A DNA stretch of 64,000 bases from the human T2T-CHM13v2.0 reference genome, Homo sapiens: NCBI RefSeq assembly GCF_009914755.1, contig NC_060947.1; one strand, 5' to 3'. Both the position numbers and the translations under genes were made by a program. Below the pieces are notes generated by a model, which was not told the origin of the DNA, did no database searches, and was given only the letters and a program-made list of their open reading frames with translations. This document shows, piece by piece, positions 1 to 14,374 of the stretch. Position 1 is the first letter of the stretch; every line of letters starts with the position of its first letter.

Positions 1-299
1 CTTTACCTAATTTTCCAATTTTTAAGTTGGACTTCGTATTTGCCAGCCATCATGCTAATAATCATGATTTTAAGGAATGCAGCCTCTAAGGCCTTACGGT
101 AAGAAAAATACTAGAAAGAATATCTTTTCCTTTGCTGTTTAATGAGGCCATCACCCTTTTAATTCTTATGGATTTTCTCACTCATTACTAGCTGTGGAGT
201 AGCAGGAGATTCTCTGCTTCTTTGCTACCTTAAAACCAATAATGCACATTAACTAACACCTTAAAGAAGATACTAACACAGAGATTATAACGATTTAAC

Positions 300-1150
300 A
301 CAAGAATAACCTGTTACAGTAAAGCAGGGCTTATCTCAGGAATGCAGGAATGATAAAATATAAGGACATGCAGTAATATAATTATGTTGATAATACTCTA
401 ACAGCAGAAAGGCATTTGCTAAAATTGAACATTTAAAGGCATTTTTAAAAAGGGATTGAAGATTTTTCCATATATACATGTATATATATATTTTGACAGC
501 CCTTATCAAAAACCTGTCATAATTATCGTCAATAGCACATTGCTAGAGAATAAGCTCAGGAACAACAATAACAAACATCTATGTTTACTGTTTTTATATA
601 GTAGCATTTTGGAAATGTTTATTAATACAGCAAGCCATGTAAAAGAAAATAATACACGCTATTATTATGAAATGGCAAGATTATACACGTAGACATCCAA
701 GGCATTCAGCTAAAAATAACAATCTTTAGTCTTAATGAAAGTTTAATTAAGGGAGCAGTATATGATACGCAGAAGTCAATAGTATTCTGTACATTCACAG
801 AAAAGAAATAGAACAATTTCAAAAAGGTCAATTCAATGGAAATATAATGCTCTTAAAAACTATAAAGAATAAACATAACAAAAGATGTAGAGAAGCTAAA
901 TAAAGACAATTGCAAAATTGCACTGGTGTACTGAAAAGACGACCTGCATAAGTGGAAAACTGTGACATATTATGGGATGGAAAGACTGAATATTTTCTAG
1001 TTGTTCTAAGTTATGTTTTAGATGACCTGGAATTAAATCCTTAATCCCAAATAGTTTTTTTTCTGAAAGTTGATGATTTTATTCTAAAGTTCAACTGTTA
1101 AAACAAATAGTTAACCTTTACAAATACACATTTGGAAATAAGGATTTTCA
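300..1150 (+). mobile_element. Highly diverged L1M(E)-type LINE-1 ORF2 relic
   Basis: Degenerate ORF2 motifs, e.g. gggcttatctcaggaatgcagg and catattatgggatggaaagactgaatatt; A-rich plus strand. Confidence 0.5.
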
Positions 1151-1292
1151 CAAAACAATGCAGAGATCCAGAAATGTGAACTACATGAGCAAATATAGAA
1201 GATCTTCAATTCAAATCACCATTTAAATCACAATTTAAATTTGTATCTAAATCCTTTCAAAAGATCATTAACTGTTTTTCAGAAAATTACTA

Positions 1293-1862
1293 CAAACTCC
1301 AGCAACTCTACTTCTAGATATCTACTCAAAAGTGTTGACAGCAGGAACTTGAGCAGATATTTGTGCACCAGTGTTCATAGCAGCGTTATTCTCAATAGCC
1401 AAAAGGTAGAAATAACCCAAATGAACACTGATGGATGAGTAGATGAACAACATGTGGCATGGGTATGTACATACAGTGGAATATTATTCAGCTTTAAAAA
1501 TGAATGAAATTTTGATACATGCCGAAACATAAACGAATCTTGAAAATAGTGCGCTAAGTGAAATAAGCCAGACACAAAAGAACAAATATTGTATGCTTCT
1601 GCTTACATGAGGTACCTCGAGTGGTCAAATTCATGGAGACAGAAGTAAAATAGTGGCTACCAGGGGCTGGAGGGTGAGGGGAATGGGGAGTTATTGTTTA
1701 ATGGGTATAGCATTTCAGTTTGGGGTGCGATAAAGTTTTGGAGATGGATGGTGGTGGTGGTTGCACAACAATGCGAATGTACTTAATGCCATTGAATTGT
1801 ACACTTAGAGATGGTTAAAATGGTAATTTTACATTATGTCTATTTTCCCACAATAAAAAAAG
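1293..1862 (+). mobile_element. L1MB-type LINE-1 3' end
   Basis: atacagtggaatattattcagc...gtgaaataagccagacacaaaagaacaaatattgtatg, ending cacaataaaaaa. Confidence 0.75.
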
Positions 1863-1869
1863 ACTTAAA

Positions 1870-3212
1870 TATATTAAAAGTCATAACAATGTATTGTGGC
1901 AGCATGTGCACACATGTGCACACACACACAGACCAGGAGGGGAAAAATATAAATAAACTATAGGAAGGTGTTTATACTACATGTGAGGTGGTATATACAT
2001 TTATATTTGATATGATATACAGTTGAAGGTAAGTACAGATAAGTTAAAGATGTATAACACGAACCCTAAAGCAATCACTAAAATAAGAAAACAGTTATAA
2101 GTTAATAAATCCAAAAAAGGAGATAACAAGGAATAAAAAAATATTCTAATTGCCTCAATTAAAATTTAGAGTTGTTAGAATCGATAAAAATTGAAGATCC
2201 TATAAGAAACATACTGTAAGTACAAAGACACAAATAGGTTCACAGTAAAAGAATGGGAAAATATACCATGATAACACTAATCAAATAAAGCCTAGTAGCT
2301 ATATTAAGATAAAATATTTCAGAGAAAAGAATATTACTAGAAAAAGATGATTCTTTCATAATGATAACAGGGTCAATTCATCAAGAGAACATAATTATTC
2401 TCAACTTTTAGACACAGATGGCAAATAAGCAGATGAAAAGATGCTCAACATCATTAGTTATTAGGAGAAATGCAAACTAAAGCCACAATGAGATACCATT
2501 ACGCATTCATTAGAATATGGCAAAAATCAGAAAGACTGAGCACACCAAGTGTTAGTGAAGATGTGGAAGAACTAAAACTCTCCTTCACCGCTGGTAGGAA
2601 TGTAAAATGAGACAACCATTGTGGGAAACAATTTGGCAGTTTCTTAAAAAGTCAAATACCTACTGACAATACAATTCAGCCATGCCACTTTTAGATATTT
2701 ACCTAAGAGAAAAGAAAGCATACATTCATAGAAAGACATGCACCTGGATATTCCCAACAGCTTAATTTGTAGTAGCCAACAACTTTAAATAAATCAAATG
2801 TCCATCGATAACTGAATGGATAAACAAACAGGGGTATAATCATCCAAGGGAATTCTACTGAGCAATAAAATAAATGAACTATTGATATGTACCACATGAT
2901 GGATAAATCCCAAAATAATTACGCTGAGTAACATAAGCCCCACCAAAAAGGAATATTCTATGATTCCATTTATCCAGAACTCTAACAAAATGCCATCTAA
3001 TCTAGAGTGGCTGCTGGTTGGCTGGGGACAGGAGAAAGAGGCTGGGAAGGGAAGAGTGACAAGGAGGAGAGAATTAAAGAAGGTACAGGGAAACTTTGGG
3101 GGAGTGGTGTATATATTTATTCAATATATATTCATTTTGATTATAATGGTGGTACATTTAAAGTATGCTTGATTTATTGTATGCCAGTTATACCTCAATA
3201 AAGCTATTAAAA
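1870..3212 (+). mobile_element. L1MC/ME-type LINE-1: ORF2 start region joined to the 3' end
   Basis: EN-region remnants (ataatgataacagggtcaattcatcaaga), then aaagatgctcaacatcattag...atacctcaataaagct. Confidence 0.65.
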
Positions 3213-3499
3213 TGTATATAACATTGTATATAAATTTAAATATAAATGAAAAGTCGTTTTACCTTTTTAAGATGGCAAAAGAAGGACATATAATAATAAT
3301 AATAGTAGTGATAATTCGTTAGTAAATGGACAATAAAATGAACATATATCACACTATGAATGAAGAGTTTCGCATAAATAAACTTCTAATATAAATAAAG
3401 GAACAAAATCTAACTAATAAAGGGAAGAAATTGAATTGTGTTGATCATTTATCAAAACCTTCACAGAAGATGCTGACTTTCAAGCATTGGAGAGATAGC

Positions 3500-4200
3500 A
3501 ATAGTCATAAAGAAAAAGATACATAATTTTGTGTATACTCTATAAGAGGAAAAGAATGCCAAAAAGCCATCTGGGAAAATATTTGCAGCAAAAATGTGTG
3601 CGGGTGAGTATCTCTATAAAGTGTCCAAACAAATGGACCAATTCTAAGATCAATAAATAAACAAGAAAAAGATGTGAACAGACAATTCACAAAAGAGGAA
3701 ATTCAACAAGTAAATTTATTCTCAAAAAGTGGTAATGTTTTTTACCCCCTTAATAAAGCCTTAAAAGCAAAGCTATTGAATGGTGATAAGAATACTTTGA
3801 ATCTGATACTCCTTTTTATTACTGCTACTTTGAATATTAGCAAAAACTTTACAGAAAGTAACAGCGCTGGTTTTTTAGAAATGTAGAACTATTCACATAC
3901 TTTGCTATAGCAATTTTCCTTCTGGGACTTTAGCCTAAGGAAGTAATCCAAATGCTGAAACAGTCTTATGCATTTACATATTTTTCAAATAACAATGAAA
4001 ATTAAAAACAGTTCAAATAGCTAAAATAGGAGAGTAGCTAATTAAATTGGGGTATAACTGCTCAATGGAATATTTTAAAGCCATTAAATATAACAAAGAC
4101 ACTACATAGCAATATGGGAAAGGCATAAAATATAATGCTAGGTTTCAGAGCAATATATTACATTTTATGAATTCTATGGTTACAACAATGTAAATATTTT
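3500..4200 (+). mobile_element. Very old L1ME-type fragment
   Basis: gatgtgaacagacaattcacaaaagagg; ctcaatggaatattttaaagccattaaa. Confidence 0.4.
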
Positions 4201-4226
4201 TATGCACCAAACATGAAAGGTAAATA

Positions 4227-4586
4227 GAGACACTCCTTGACTTAGGACAGTGTTACATTCTGATAAACCCATCATTAGTCTAAAATATCATAAGTCAAAA
4301 ACGGGTATTTTTGGTATCTGAGATGTGAAAATACAAAACACAATATGCAAAAATGCTGGCAACACAGAACACTGTAGAGTATTGGTTGTTTATCCTGATC
4401 ACATGGCTGACTGGCTGTGGCTTGTTGCTACTGCCCAACATGGAAAAAGAGTATCGTACTATGTATTGCTAGCCTGAGAAAAGATGAAAATTCAAAATAT
4501 GGTTTCTACTGAATGCATATCAGTTTCCCACCATTGTAAAGCTGAATAATCTTATGTTGAACCATCGTTAAGTCAGGGACCATTTG
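4227..4586 (+). mobile_element. MER47-like non-autonomous Tigger (TcMar) DNA transposon
   Basis: Degenerate terminal inverted repeats (gagacactccttgactta ... taagtcagggaccatttg), TA on both sides; gataaacccatc motif. Confidence 0.7.
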
Positions 4587-5239
4587 TAAATATGGTGGGT
4601 GATTTATATGCATATTTTTAATGTTCGCATATTTTCATATATAAAAAATTAAAAACAGTTCATGACAAACCATCTTACAGTAAGTGAAATATCAACGCCA
4701 AGGGTCTTTGAAAAACCTTTATGAGTGAGCAGTAAAATAAACATGAGAGTGTTCAGTGTGCAAGGTGTGCATTTTTGGGTTAATTTTGCAGAACTTGTTT
4801 TCTTCTTGGGTACACTGATCTCTAAAGGCCCTTCTATTAAACAATCTCAGATTTTATTATTCTTGGTGCTCCATCAGTACTAACAAGTGAAGCTAGGTTT
4901 TGAATGATTTTCTTTGTCTATTTGTGGACTACAAAATGCTAAACCAATCAGTTTATACAAACTGATCCAACTGATCAGTTCAATGAAAAAAGTCAAAGTG
5001 CCAATCGTGCATTATATTGCTTCAAGGTAGCTAAATGGATCTTGGTTCTTTAAGGGATTCTTTCACATTTTGATTAGCCATGAGGTGAGGTACAGACACT
5101 GATGACAATCTGGCTGTTCCTAAAAGGTTAAAAATGAACTTGTAGAGACCTCAGAGCCACCCTTCATTGCAAATCACACTGATTACTAATTCTATTAAAA
5201 CTCTGGAAGTCTCAGTGGAAAGCACTATAAGATCTTGGC

Positions 5240-5525
5240 TTAAGTATACCTCTTATTATCCTTCTAAGTGGCTTTTCTTGATCATCCTTTCCAAAACAGC
5301 CAATTCCTTGCTGTAATTCCCTTTTTTTTTCATTTTTTATCATTTTTTTCACAGTACTTATTACGATCTGAAATTATCTTATTAATTTGTTCACTCTTTT
5401 ACTCATCTTTACTCACAAGATCTTGTATGCCTTTTTGACTGAAATATCACCTGGGTTTACAACACTGTATGATACATAGAAAATGTTTAATAGTTGTTGA
5501 ACGAATAAATGATTCAAAGAATGAA
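5240..5525 (+). mobile_element. L2 LINE 3' end
   Basis: cacagtacttattacgatctgaaattatc ... tttaatagttgttgaacgaataaatga. Confidence 0.55.
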
Positions 5526-6407
5526 TCTGATACCAATAATGGTAAGGAACTAGCCATAACAGTGCCAAAGCTATCATGCAGGACAAGATTGGGGTTAGGG
5601 AAGACTCGCTCAAGACCAGAGTTGGGACCAAAGAGGTCAGCCCAATGAGATGAAAGAATATCAGTTGTCATTGTAGAAAATGGTTGGCACCAGAGCATTC
5701 AACATGATAGTCTCATGTATAATGGAAAATCTGTACTATTCTGTGATCAGGGAGTAGGGGGAGATGGTGTAAGGCAATTTGATCATCACAACTCATAGGC
5801 TCATTCTGAAAGATCTCAGAAACCACCAAATATGTAGAGGTAGGCGAGGGTTGGCATATCCCCTGCAACTTGGTAATAAAAACAAGTCTCAGATCAAATT
5901 CTGCTATACACACAAGCAGGCAAGAAGAGCCATGTGATTCCAAACCAAAGAAATCCTAGAATTCTGTCTTTTCTGGTGCTTCACAAGGAATTTTCATAAA
6001 ATGTTTATCTGAGGCAAATGTAGTAGTATTGTAGTGATGGGATTTCACAAACCATCCACTATAGAGGTGATCAAAAATATTTCAGAACAACTGCTGGGCT
6101 CTGGGTTTAGGGTTAAACATAATGTGCCAAAACTAATGGTAAATACAGACAACTTGCTTGATTTTCATACCCTGTTTATTCAAAGATGGGTGATTTCTTG
6201 AAAATATTTTAGCCAATAAATACATCTTGAATATAACTAATTTCACCTATACAATCTCATTTCTGACATATCTTACCCTAACTAGCAAGCCATAAATTTT
6301 GTCAATGAAACTTTACTTCTACTATTAATTATGCTAATTAGAGAAATATCTAGTGTTGATGGGAGAGAAAGAAAGTAGAGACATTTGTAACAGTCATCTC
6401 TGGAGTG

Positions 6408-6722
6408 TCTTTTCTTTCCTTTTTTTTTTATTTTTTTTGAGACAGGGTCTGACTCTGCTGCCCAGGCTGGAGCACAATGGTGTGATCTTGGCTCACTGCA
6501 ACCTGTGTCTCCTAGGCTCAAGCCATCCTACCTCCCAAGTAGTTGGGGCTATAGGTGTGTACCACCATACCTGTTTTTTGTTTGTTTGTTTTGTTTTGTT
6601 TTTTTGGAGAGATAAGGTTTTGCAATGTTGGCCAGGCTGGTCTCAAATCCTGAGCTCACTCAATCCACCTGCCTCAGCCTCCCAAAGGACAGGGATTACA
6701 AGTGTGAGCCACCATGCCCAGC
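6408..6722 (-). mobile_element. AluJ-like SINE
   Basis: Poly-T then gagacagggtct...ggctcaagccatcct...gtgagccaccatgcccagct. Confidence 0.9.
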
Positions 6723-6844
6723 TACGTCTTTTTTTTTGTTGTTACCTCCTCATTCCTGGGATATGGATTCCTGATTAGGATCACTGATTGTTCCTTCTAG
6801 TAAAACTAATACTGTATTATACAGTCCATTCTGAAATATTTTAA

Positions 6845-7450
6845 AGAAGATTACAGACATCTGAAGAGATATCTGCATTTCTACATTTATCACAGCACTA
6901 TTCACAAAAGCCAAGATATGTAAACAACCTAAGTGCCCATCCCTGGATGAATGGATAAAGAAAATATGGTATATAGACACAGTGGAATACTATTCAGCCA
7001 TAAAAAAGGAAGCAATCCTGTCATTTGCAATAAGAGGGATGAGCCTCGAGGATATTATGTTAAATGAAATAAGCCAGACACAGAAAGACAAACACCACAT
7101 GATCTCACTCATATATGGAATCTAAAAAAGTTGATCTTATAGAAGTAGAAAGCAGAATGGTGGTTAGGGGAGATGTTGGTCAAAGCATACAAAATTTCAG
7201 TCAAATAGGAGGAATAAATTCAAGAAATCTATTGTGCAACATGGTGACTAAATTTAACAATATATTATTTTCTTGAAAAATGCTAAGAGGGTGAATGTAA
7301 AGTGTTCTTACCACAGAATAACTACATGAAGTAATGCACATGCTAATTAGTTAGAGTCAATCATTTCACAACGTATATATACTTCAAAATGTCACACTGA
7401 TATGGTAAATACACAATATTTTATCTGTCAATTAAAAATAAATTTAGAAA
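6845..7450 (+). mobile_element. L1MA-type LINE-1 3' end
   Basis: gaagagatatctgca...atggataaagaaaatatggtatatagacacagtggaatactattcagcc...tatctgtcaattaaaaataaa. Confidence 0.85.
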
Positions 7451-8034
7451 ACAGAAAAAGTTACAGACATTATTAATAATATCTCTGTTCATAACGAAGA
7501 CGGCCTTAGCCAGGAGCTAGAGGTATAATGAGGAGGCATGCTGGGCAAAATATTGAAAGATTTGAGGTCACCACAACCAAATAGAGATCCAAGGTAGGGA
7601 ACAATCTCATGTCAGGGCAGAAAGCCAGCCAGGCAACTCAGCAGTCCGTGGAAGAGGCACTAATGCGAGCAGGACCTCCCTTGGAAAGATGGGAGAGAGA
7701 CATTAAATTAGGGGCAGCATGGATAAGGACTTGTCCTCTGGAACCCCAAATCTTCACTCTGATCTTGGCAATGGGGAGCCTGAAGAGCTCTGGAAGTCAG
7801 GAACTGTGTGAAATCATGATTTGATTATCAGCCCCACTGCTTTATGGGGGAAGTGAGGAGAAGTGATAAGGGTTAAAGTTTCATGAGCTTTTATGTATGT
7901 GTAACCACAAGGGGAAAAGCCATTACAAAAGGCTAACATCTATCAGAGGTGTAGAGAAAAGGATGGACTTTATGTATCTGAATCTCATCTAGCAAAACAG
8001 CTTGTCCTCTTCCTTTAAAGTCCACACCTCAACA

Positions 8035-8430
8035 CTTTGTGTCTTAAAAACAGACCCATAGCCATAGATTCAAGTGTGAGCCTTTTATTTAGGTTGTGGG
8101 GAAGTAAAAGCAAAAAGGGAATCCAGCCAATAAAGACTGTGTTGTTATTACTGTGGTCAACTGGAGCTTAATTCCACTGGGGACCCGAGGGACTCAGAGT
8201 AGGACAATAGTTATCCCACCTGAGGGACAAGGGCACTAAGGTATTTATACCAGCTTCCATCAGTCATCGGTCAAAGGCTGTTCTCATGGGGAGGCATTTA
8301 TTTCCTGGCATTCCTGGCCTCTTACTTGTGTAGGGGAATAGAAGCAGTGAGGATCCTAAGGCTGAAGAAAGCCCAAAGGCAAAGAGAGGCAGATGCTGGA
8401 GTGAGTAGGGTACTGAAATAGTAAGGCCTG
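8035..8430. mobile_element. Old ERVL-class solo LTR fragment (family uncertain)
   Basis: cagaccc...gattcaagtgtgagccttttattt...agccaataaag...actgtggtcaactggagcttaattccactggggaccc. Confidence 0.4.
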
Positions 8431-10472
8431 AGGGGATACCAATGGGGAGGAGGTGTGGGGATCTGCTATGCTTGATAAGTAACAGTTGCAATTAACTCTA
8501 CATAATAGGGTGTCTGAAGTTAGATGAAGGGGGAATCCGGGTTTTGTGCACCCTTTCTTGTTTCAGCTGCCTTAACTATTACTGTGGTCTTTCTCCTTCG
8601 TGGCAAAGAACGAGGAGGTAGAGAGTCAAAATTTTCTTCTCCAAAATGATTTTTGTAGTTTCCAGAGTCTGAGCAATATATCCTTGGTTGTTACCAGAAG
8701 TAAACATTGAAACTGTACCCAAAGACTGCAGCACTATTTGTCTTCATTACCTGTGGGGGTATAGTGTGAGTGGAATTAATTCAAGTTTGAACATATGAGG
8801 CACTCAGAGAGTCACCTCCCACCAGCCAGAGGAGGGAGAGTCTTCTGTTCAGCTCAAAGCTCATACTGTTCTCCCTCCTCTTGGATGACTCCGGAGAATG
8901 AATATTTTCAAAGGCAGTATAGGGGCTTATGGAAAGAAAAATGCTTTTAACAGCATAATTAAATTAAAAAACAAAACAAAACTCCTGGCATCCGTGCCCT
9001 CAGACATCATCAAACTTCTATGATAAACGCATCAAGCACAGCCTTTCACATGAGAGTGCTTGTGGTTCTGGCATTCTTCCCTCCTTGAAACTAGAGAGAA
9101 CCATATCTATGCCCAGGTCATCGAATAATTGATTTTGCCCTGACCACAAAAAGTGAGAAAGAGCCAGATGTCTGAGAGAAGCCACAAAGGCTTGAATTTC
9201 AGGTGAAGTCCTTTCTCCCATTGAATGATGCCTCATTATGATTCCTTAAACTGCCCATTTTCTGGACAAATGTATGAAGCCTAGAAAACACTTTCAATCT
9301 GTAATTATAGGGGACTAGTTCTTGCCAAATGGGATATGATAAGTCCCTTTTGCTGGGACTCCAAAAGTTTAATCTAGTTAGAAGAGGAGAAAGTAACCCT
9401 TGATGATTTGAAGCCTGAGTTTTGAAGTTGATTTTTTGCCTTTTATAAAAGAAACTTTTGTCTTAAAGACTACCCAGTAAAATCTTTAGAAGGGCTCAGA
9501 AGTAGGGTTTCTTTTGAATGTGTTTGTCTACACATTTCCATTTACCCCTTTCCAGTTAAAAATCACTAGAGAGAAGAACATCATAACTATAAATGGCAGT
9601 GATGATCCGTAAATACAAATGATGTGTTTTCTTATGTATTAATAACTGAAAATATTTTTACAGTTATCACTGAAATTCTTCTTTCAGATCTAGAGGTCAG
9701 AGTTTATCTGCTATTGCTCCTGATGTAATCCATCTCTGTAGAGAAGGAGCTGGTCTTTTCATAAGATCTTTGGTTTGAAATTATAACAAGACGACTTGCT
9801 GTTTTGAAGAATAGTCACTGATGAAGAAAAATTATTGGAGATTGGATAGTTTCATCAACCTGGGTGGTAATGCTGAGATGGGGAAATAATACAAGATATA
9901 TTTCACTCAAAATGGCCTCTGATAATGTTCAACAAAGGAGTATCTAGCTGTCTTTCTGATAAAGAAGCTGAGGATTTAACAATGTTTTAAGTTTTTATGT
10001 GGCCTTTGTTGGATGTGCTTATGAATATACAGAAACAAATGGATTTGATTCAATTGAGAAGGTGGCTCAACCTGGCCTTGGAGAAGTTACTTGATAACTG
10101 AGGATAAGTTTGCTAATCTGTAAAATGATGGCTTCTCTGAAGTCTTTTCCTTAAATGCAGCCAATGTTCTGTCTATATTATGTACCTTTGCGCATATCTC
10201 ATGTTGAGTAAAGTAGTCCCCAGGGGAAAGGGGGACTGCGAGAAAGAAAAGGAAAGTGAAAGTCAGGAATATTTAATCCTTCTGGAAAGAGTTTTATTAG
10301 CTCAATTTTGATACACAGTTTAAAAAATAAAGAAGGCTGGTCTACTTTATTATTTCTTTTACACCTAAGAAGGTTGTAGGAACACTGTTTCTCAGGCTCA
10401 TAAAGGAAAATGAAGAGAAAAATGTCTCTAATGCTGTCCTATGTTCCTAAACTGCTGAAACATTTCCTCTAG

Positions 10473-10681
10473 GAATCCAGAGCAGCATAAGAATGGCAGG
10501 TGGAGAGGAAGATTTATTTGGAGTGGGACCAATGTTGCTAGAGGGACTAGGCTTGCAGGGACATACATCTTCTTTCCATTATTTCCTCAAAAAAATGGTG
10601 CCGGACATTGAAGACAAATTACCAAAGCACTGCATCAGCATGGTTGATCCAGCTGATCGGACCAACACATCTTTCTTTTAA
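10473..10681 (+). other. Candidate exon / small ORF in non-repeat DNA
   Basis: Acceptor catttcctctag|G; frame open to TAA at 10681; ATG at 10493 in good Kozak context (agaATGG); no recognised homology. Confidence 0.2.
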
Positions 10682-11031
10682 TAGACTATGCAGGTTGTTT
10701 TGGTTTCAGGACTTCTGACTAAATGGTTTTCTTTCTTATAACTCTATGGCAGAAGGTTCTGTGCAAAGGATCTTAATCTTAATGTGTGTACATAAGCACA
10801 CATTTCTCTTTAACATGGATTTCTTATTTACAAGTCATATTTTGGTGGATAAAAGCTAATAGATTGTTTTGAAAAATCACATAAATGGAATTGGGCACCG
10901 TTGAGAGTTATTACTTCAACAACAAATCGACAGTCAAACTTATGGATATTTTCAGAACCCCCAGTGAAATGTAATTTAAAATATTGGGTCCTCAATGAAG
11001 ACCAACTTATTTAATATTAAAACTCAATACA

Positions 11032-11325
11032 ACTGAGTGTGGTGGCTCACGCCTGTAATCCCAGAGCTCTGGGAGGCTGAGGTGGAAGGATCACTCGAGG
11101 CTAGTAGTTCAAGACCACCTGGGCAACATAGCAAGACCCAGTCTCTGCAAAGAATAAAAACATTAGCCAGGCACGGCCTGTTGTCCCAGCTCCTTGGGAG
11201 GCTGAGGTGGAAGCATTGCTTCAGCCAAAGAATTCAAAGCTCCATTGAGCTATGATTGCACCACTGCACTCCAGCCAGAGAAACAGAGCAAGACCTCAAC
11301 TCTTAAAAAAAAACAAACAAAACAA
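11032..11325 (+). mobile_element. AluJ-like SINE
   Basis: gtggtggctcacgcctgtaatccc...aacatagcaagaccc...gagctatgattgcaccactgcactccagcc, A-rich tail. Confidence 0.9.
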
Positions 11326-12524
11326 CCACAGTTGAAAATAGCAGCCCATTAAGGTTTTAAAACTGCCACCCTTGATTCTTTTAAAATTGTTCTTTTTTCA
11401 GTATGTTAGCCATATAATATGCAAATAATCTCATCATTAATATTCACTCAATTTGATGCCCCCAATATAGACCAATGCTAGCAAAGGAATGTAGAATCGA
11501 ACCCTCTCTGAATTAAGAAAACTGTTCATAATGCGTCTAGAAAGCTACATTGCAGATAAAATGTAATCTCACATGAACTTTGTATATACAGGAAAATTCA
11601 TTATATTAGCTCCAGAAAGGAAGGCAAAAGGGCACGTTTCTCTACATTGATGGAAATCATAGATTTTTTTAAACTGAGGCTTTAAGAGTCAGAGATGGAT
11701 GGTATCCCACTTTCTAAATGTCTATACATTGGAGACAGGATTGATAGTCTTATTAGTCTGTCCTTTGTGTATTTAAAACATCTCAAGTCTCTGGTGCTAA
11801 AAGATTTATACAGCATTTTATATTTATAACTCATTTCTATTCATTACTCTTCAGGATGGCTTCAAGAAGGCTGCTCTGATACTGGCCCCAGGTTTCAGAG
11901 AGGACAACAGACACTGAAAAATTATGTGATGGAATGGAAGCTAGGAAGTGGCAGTGGTAGGATTATAAGTTTTTATTGTCTCTTACACTATATGATCAGA
12001 AATGAAAGGGAAACTTTGGAAATTTAGAAGACTTTTCTCAGATTAGATAAATCCCACTAAACCTTGGTAGTTAGTACCTTACCCACTATGGAGAAAGATC
12101 CTTAGAAGTCTACAGTTGCCCCTAGAGGTCTTCTGGGGGCTACTAATCTTGTGTTGAGGCTACTAAATTGGGGGAGTAGGTAGAGGTAGATGGTTGTTTT
12201 ATCAGCCCTGAACCTTCTCTCCATGTCCTTATTCTCTGACACTATTTAAAATGGAAAGCAGAGGACAACAGAGTAATACAATATTAATAGTTATTCATCA
12301 GGAAATAAAAGGTAACTGGGTGATTTTTACCCACTCTCAAGTAAGAAGTAACACTGATTACTGCAATTTGCTATGCTAGAAATTGCACAGAAAATAACTT
12401 AACCATCACTTTTTTTTAGTGAAGGAGTGGCTTTACTCCTCCATGCATGTACTCTGGGAGCAGCACACCATGGAATTGTCTTGGCATTGTTTCTATAAGT
12501 ATTTTTTCCGAGGATACTGATCTT

Positions 12525-13260
12525 TTTTTTTTTTTAATTTTCAACTGTGGTAAAATACACATAACATCAAATTTACTATTGTAACCTTTTTTTACATGTA
12601 CAGTTCAATAGTGTTAAATATATTCGCATCGTTGTGTAACCAATCTCCAGAACTCGTCTCATCTTGTAAAACAAAAATCCTGTATACATCAAACAACATC
12701 TCCCCATTTCCCCCTACCCCCCAGCCTCTGGCAACTATGTTCTATTTCCTGACTTCATGAATTTTACTACTCTACATACTTCATATAAGTGGGATAATAC
12801 AATATTAGCATTTCTGTGACTAGCTCATTTCCCTTAGCGTAATGTCTTCAAGGTTTATCCATGCTTCCATGCTATAGAATGTCGCAGAACTTCATTTTTA
12901 AGGCTGAATAATATTGCATTGAAGTGAAATTGCTGGATCATTTGGTAATTCTATGTTTAATTTTTTTGAGGTACTTCCATACTGTTTTCCATAGCAGCTA
13001 CATCATTTTGCTTTCCTACCAACAGTATGCAACGATTCTAATTTATTCACTTCTTTGCTATTTACTTTTTAATAGTAGCCATCCTAATGGGTATGTTGTG
13101 GTATTCACTGTTGTATTTTTGTGATTAGTGATGTTAAGCGTTTTCTCATGTGTCTGTTTGCCATGTGTATATCTTTTGATTTTTTTGAGAAATGTCTATT
13201 CAAGTTCTTTGTCCATTAGAAAACTTGGGTTGTTTGGGGGGTTTTGTCATTGTTGACTTG
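12525..13260 (-). mobile_element. L1MB-type LINE-1 3' end with internal deletion
   Basis: Poly-T then tgtggtaaaatacacataacatcaaatttac...ttgagaaatgtctattcaagttctttg. Confidence 0.8.
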
Positions 13261-13289
13261 AGTTTTGTGAAGTTTTGTGGTAAAAGAAT

Positions 13290-13490
13290 CACATGGTCAA
13301 AGAGTTTGGGAAACCATGATTGTTTTATCACCTTCCTGAAGATCTGCAGTGCACCTATATCATATTAAATGCTCTGAGTACTATTACTGTAAAGAAAATT
13401 GCTAACTCTATTAAAAAAAGGGATTTAAAAATATGTAACTACTGTGAAACCGTTTTGCACTGAACACTTGTTCCCATCTTGAGCCAGTGG
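13290..13490. mobile_element. Old hAT-Charlie DNA transposon fragment
   Basis: ggtcaaagagtttgggaaac; catattaaatgctctgag...gtaaagaaa. Confidence 0.4.
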
Positions 13491-13555
13491 GCAACCATCA
13501 AATGCAGTTTGTGAAAACCTCTTCTAAGTGTTTGTTTGTTTTGTTTTGTTTTTAA

Positions 13556-14130
13556 ACAGTGTCGCGATTCCTCAAGGATCTAGAACCAGAAATACCATAT
13601 GACCCAGCAATCCCATTACTGGGTATATACCCAAAGGATTATAAATCATTCTACTATAAAGACACATGCACACGTATGTTTACTGTGGCACTATTCACAA
13701 TGACAAAGACTTGGAATCAACTCAAATGCCCATCAATGACAGACTGGATAAAGAAAATGTGGCACATATACACCATTGAATACTATGCAGCCATAAAAAG
13801 GATGAGTTCACGTCCTTTGCAGGGACATGGATGAAGCTGGAAGCCATCATTCTCAGCAAACTAACACAAGAACAGAAAATCAAACAATGCGTGTTCTCAC
13901 TCATAAATGGGAGTTGAACGATGAGAACACATGGACACAGGGAGGGGAACATCACACACCGGGGCCTGTCAGGGGATGGGGGACTAGTGGAGGGATAGCA
14001 TTAGGAGAAATACCTAATGTAGGTGATGGGTTGATGGGTGCAGCAAACTGCCATGGCACGTGTATACCTATGTAACAAAACTGCAAGTTCTGCACATGTA
14101 CCCCAGAACTTAAAGTATAATAAAAAGAAA
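13556..14130 (+). mobile_element. 5'-truncated L1PA6/7-like LINE-1
   Basis: ORF2 C-terminus RFLKDLEPEIPYDPAIPLLGIYPK; 3'UTR gggttgatgggtgcagcaaac; short A tail; inserted at ttttt/aaaca with only a short apparent TSD. Confidence 0.92.
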
Positions 14131-14374
14131 ACAATAGTTCATAAACATTTCCACTTGAGAAGGAACGGCTGTTGTAGCAAGCTTTATCATGCTGTGTCTC
14201 CCACTCAGACAAGCTTTTCTCTTTCATTGCTTTGCAGTTAATTTATTTAGTGCTGACTCAATACTAGGGCTATGTAAAAAATTAAATTATAGTCACATCT
14301 TTTAATAGTTTCTATGGGGAGGTAAATAATTATAATAGAGTTTGGTGAATATGCTGTGATAATCATAAGGCATA

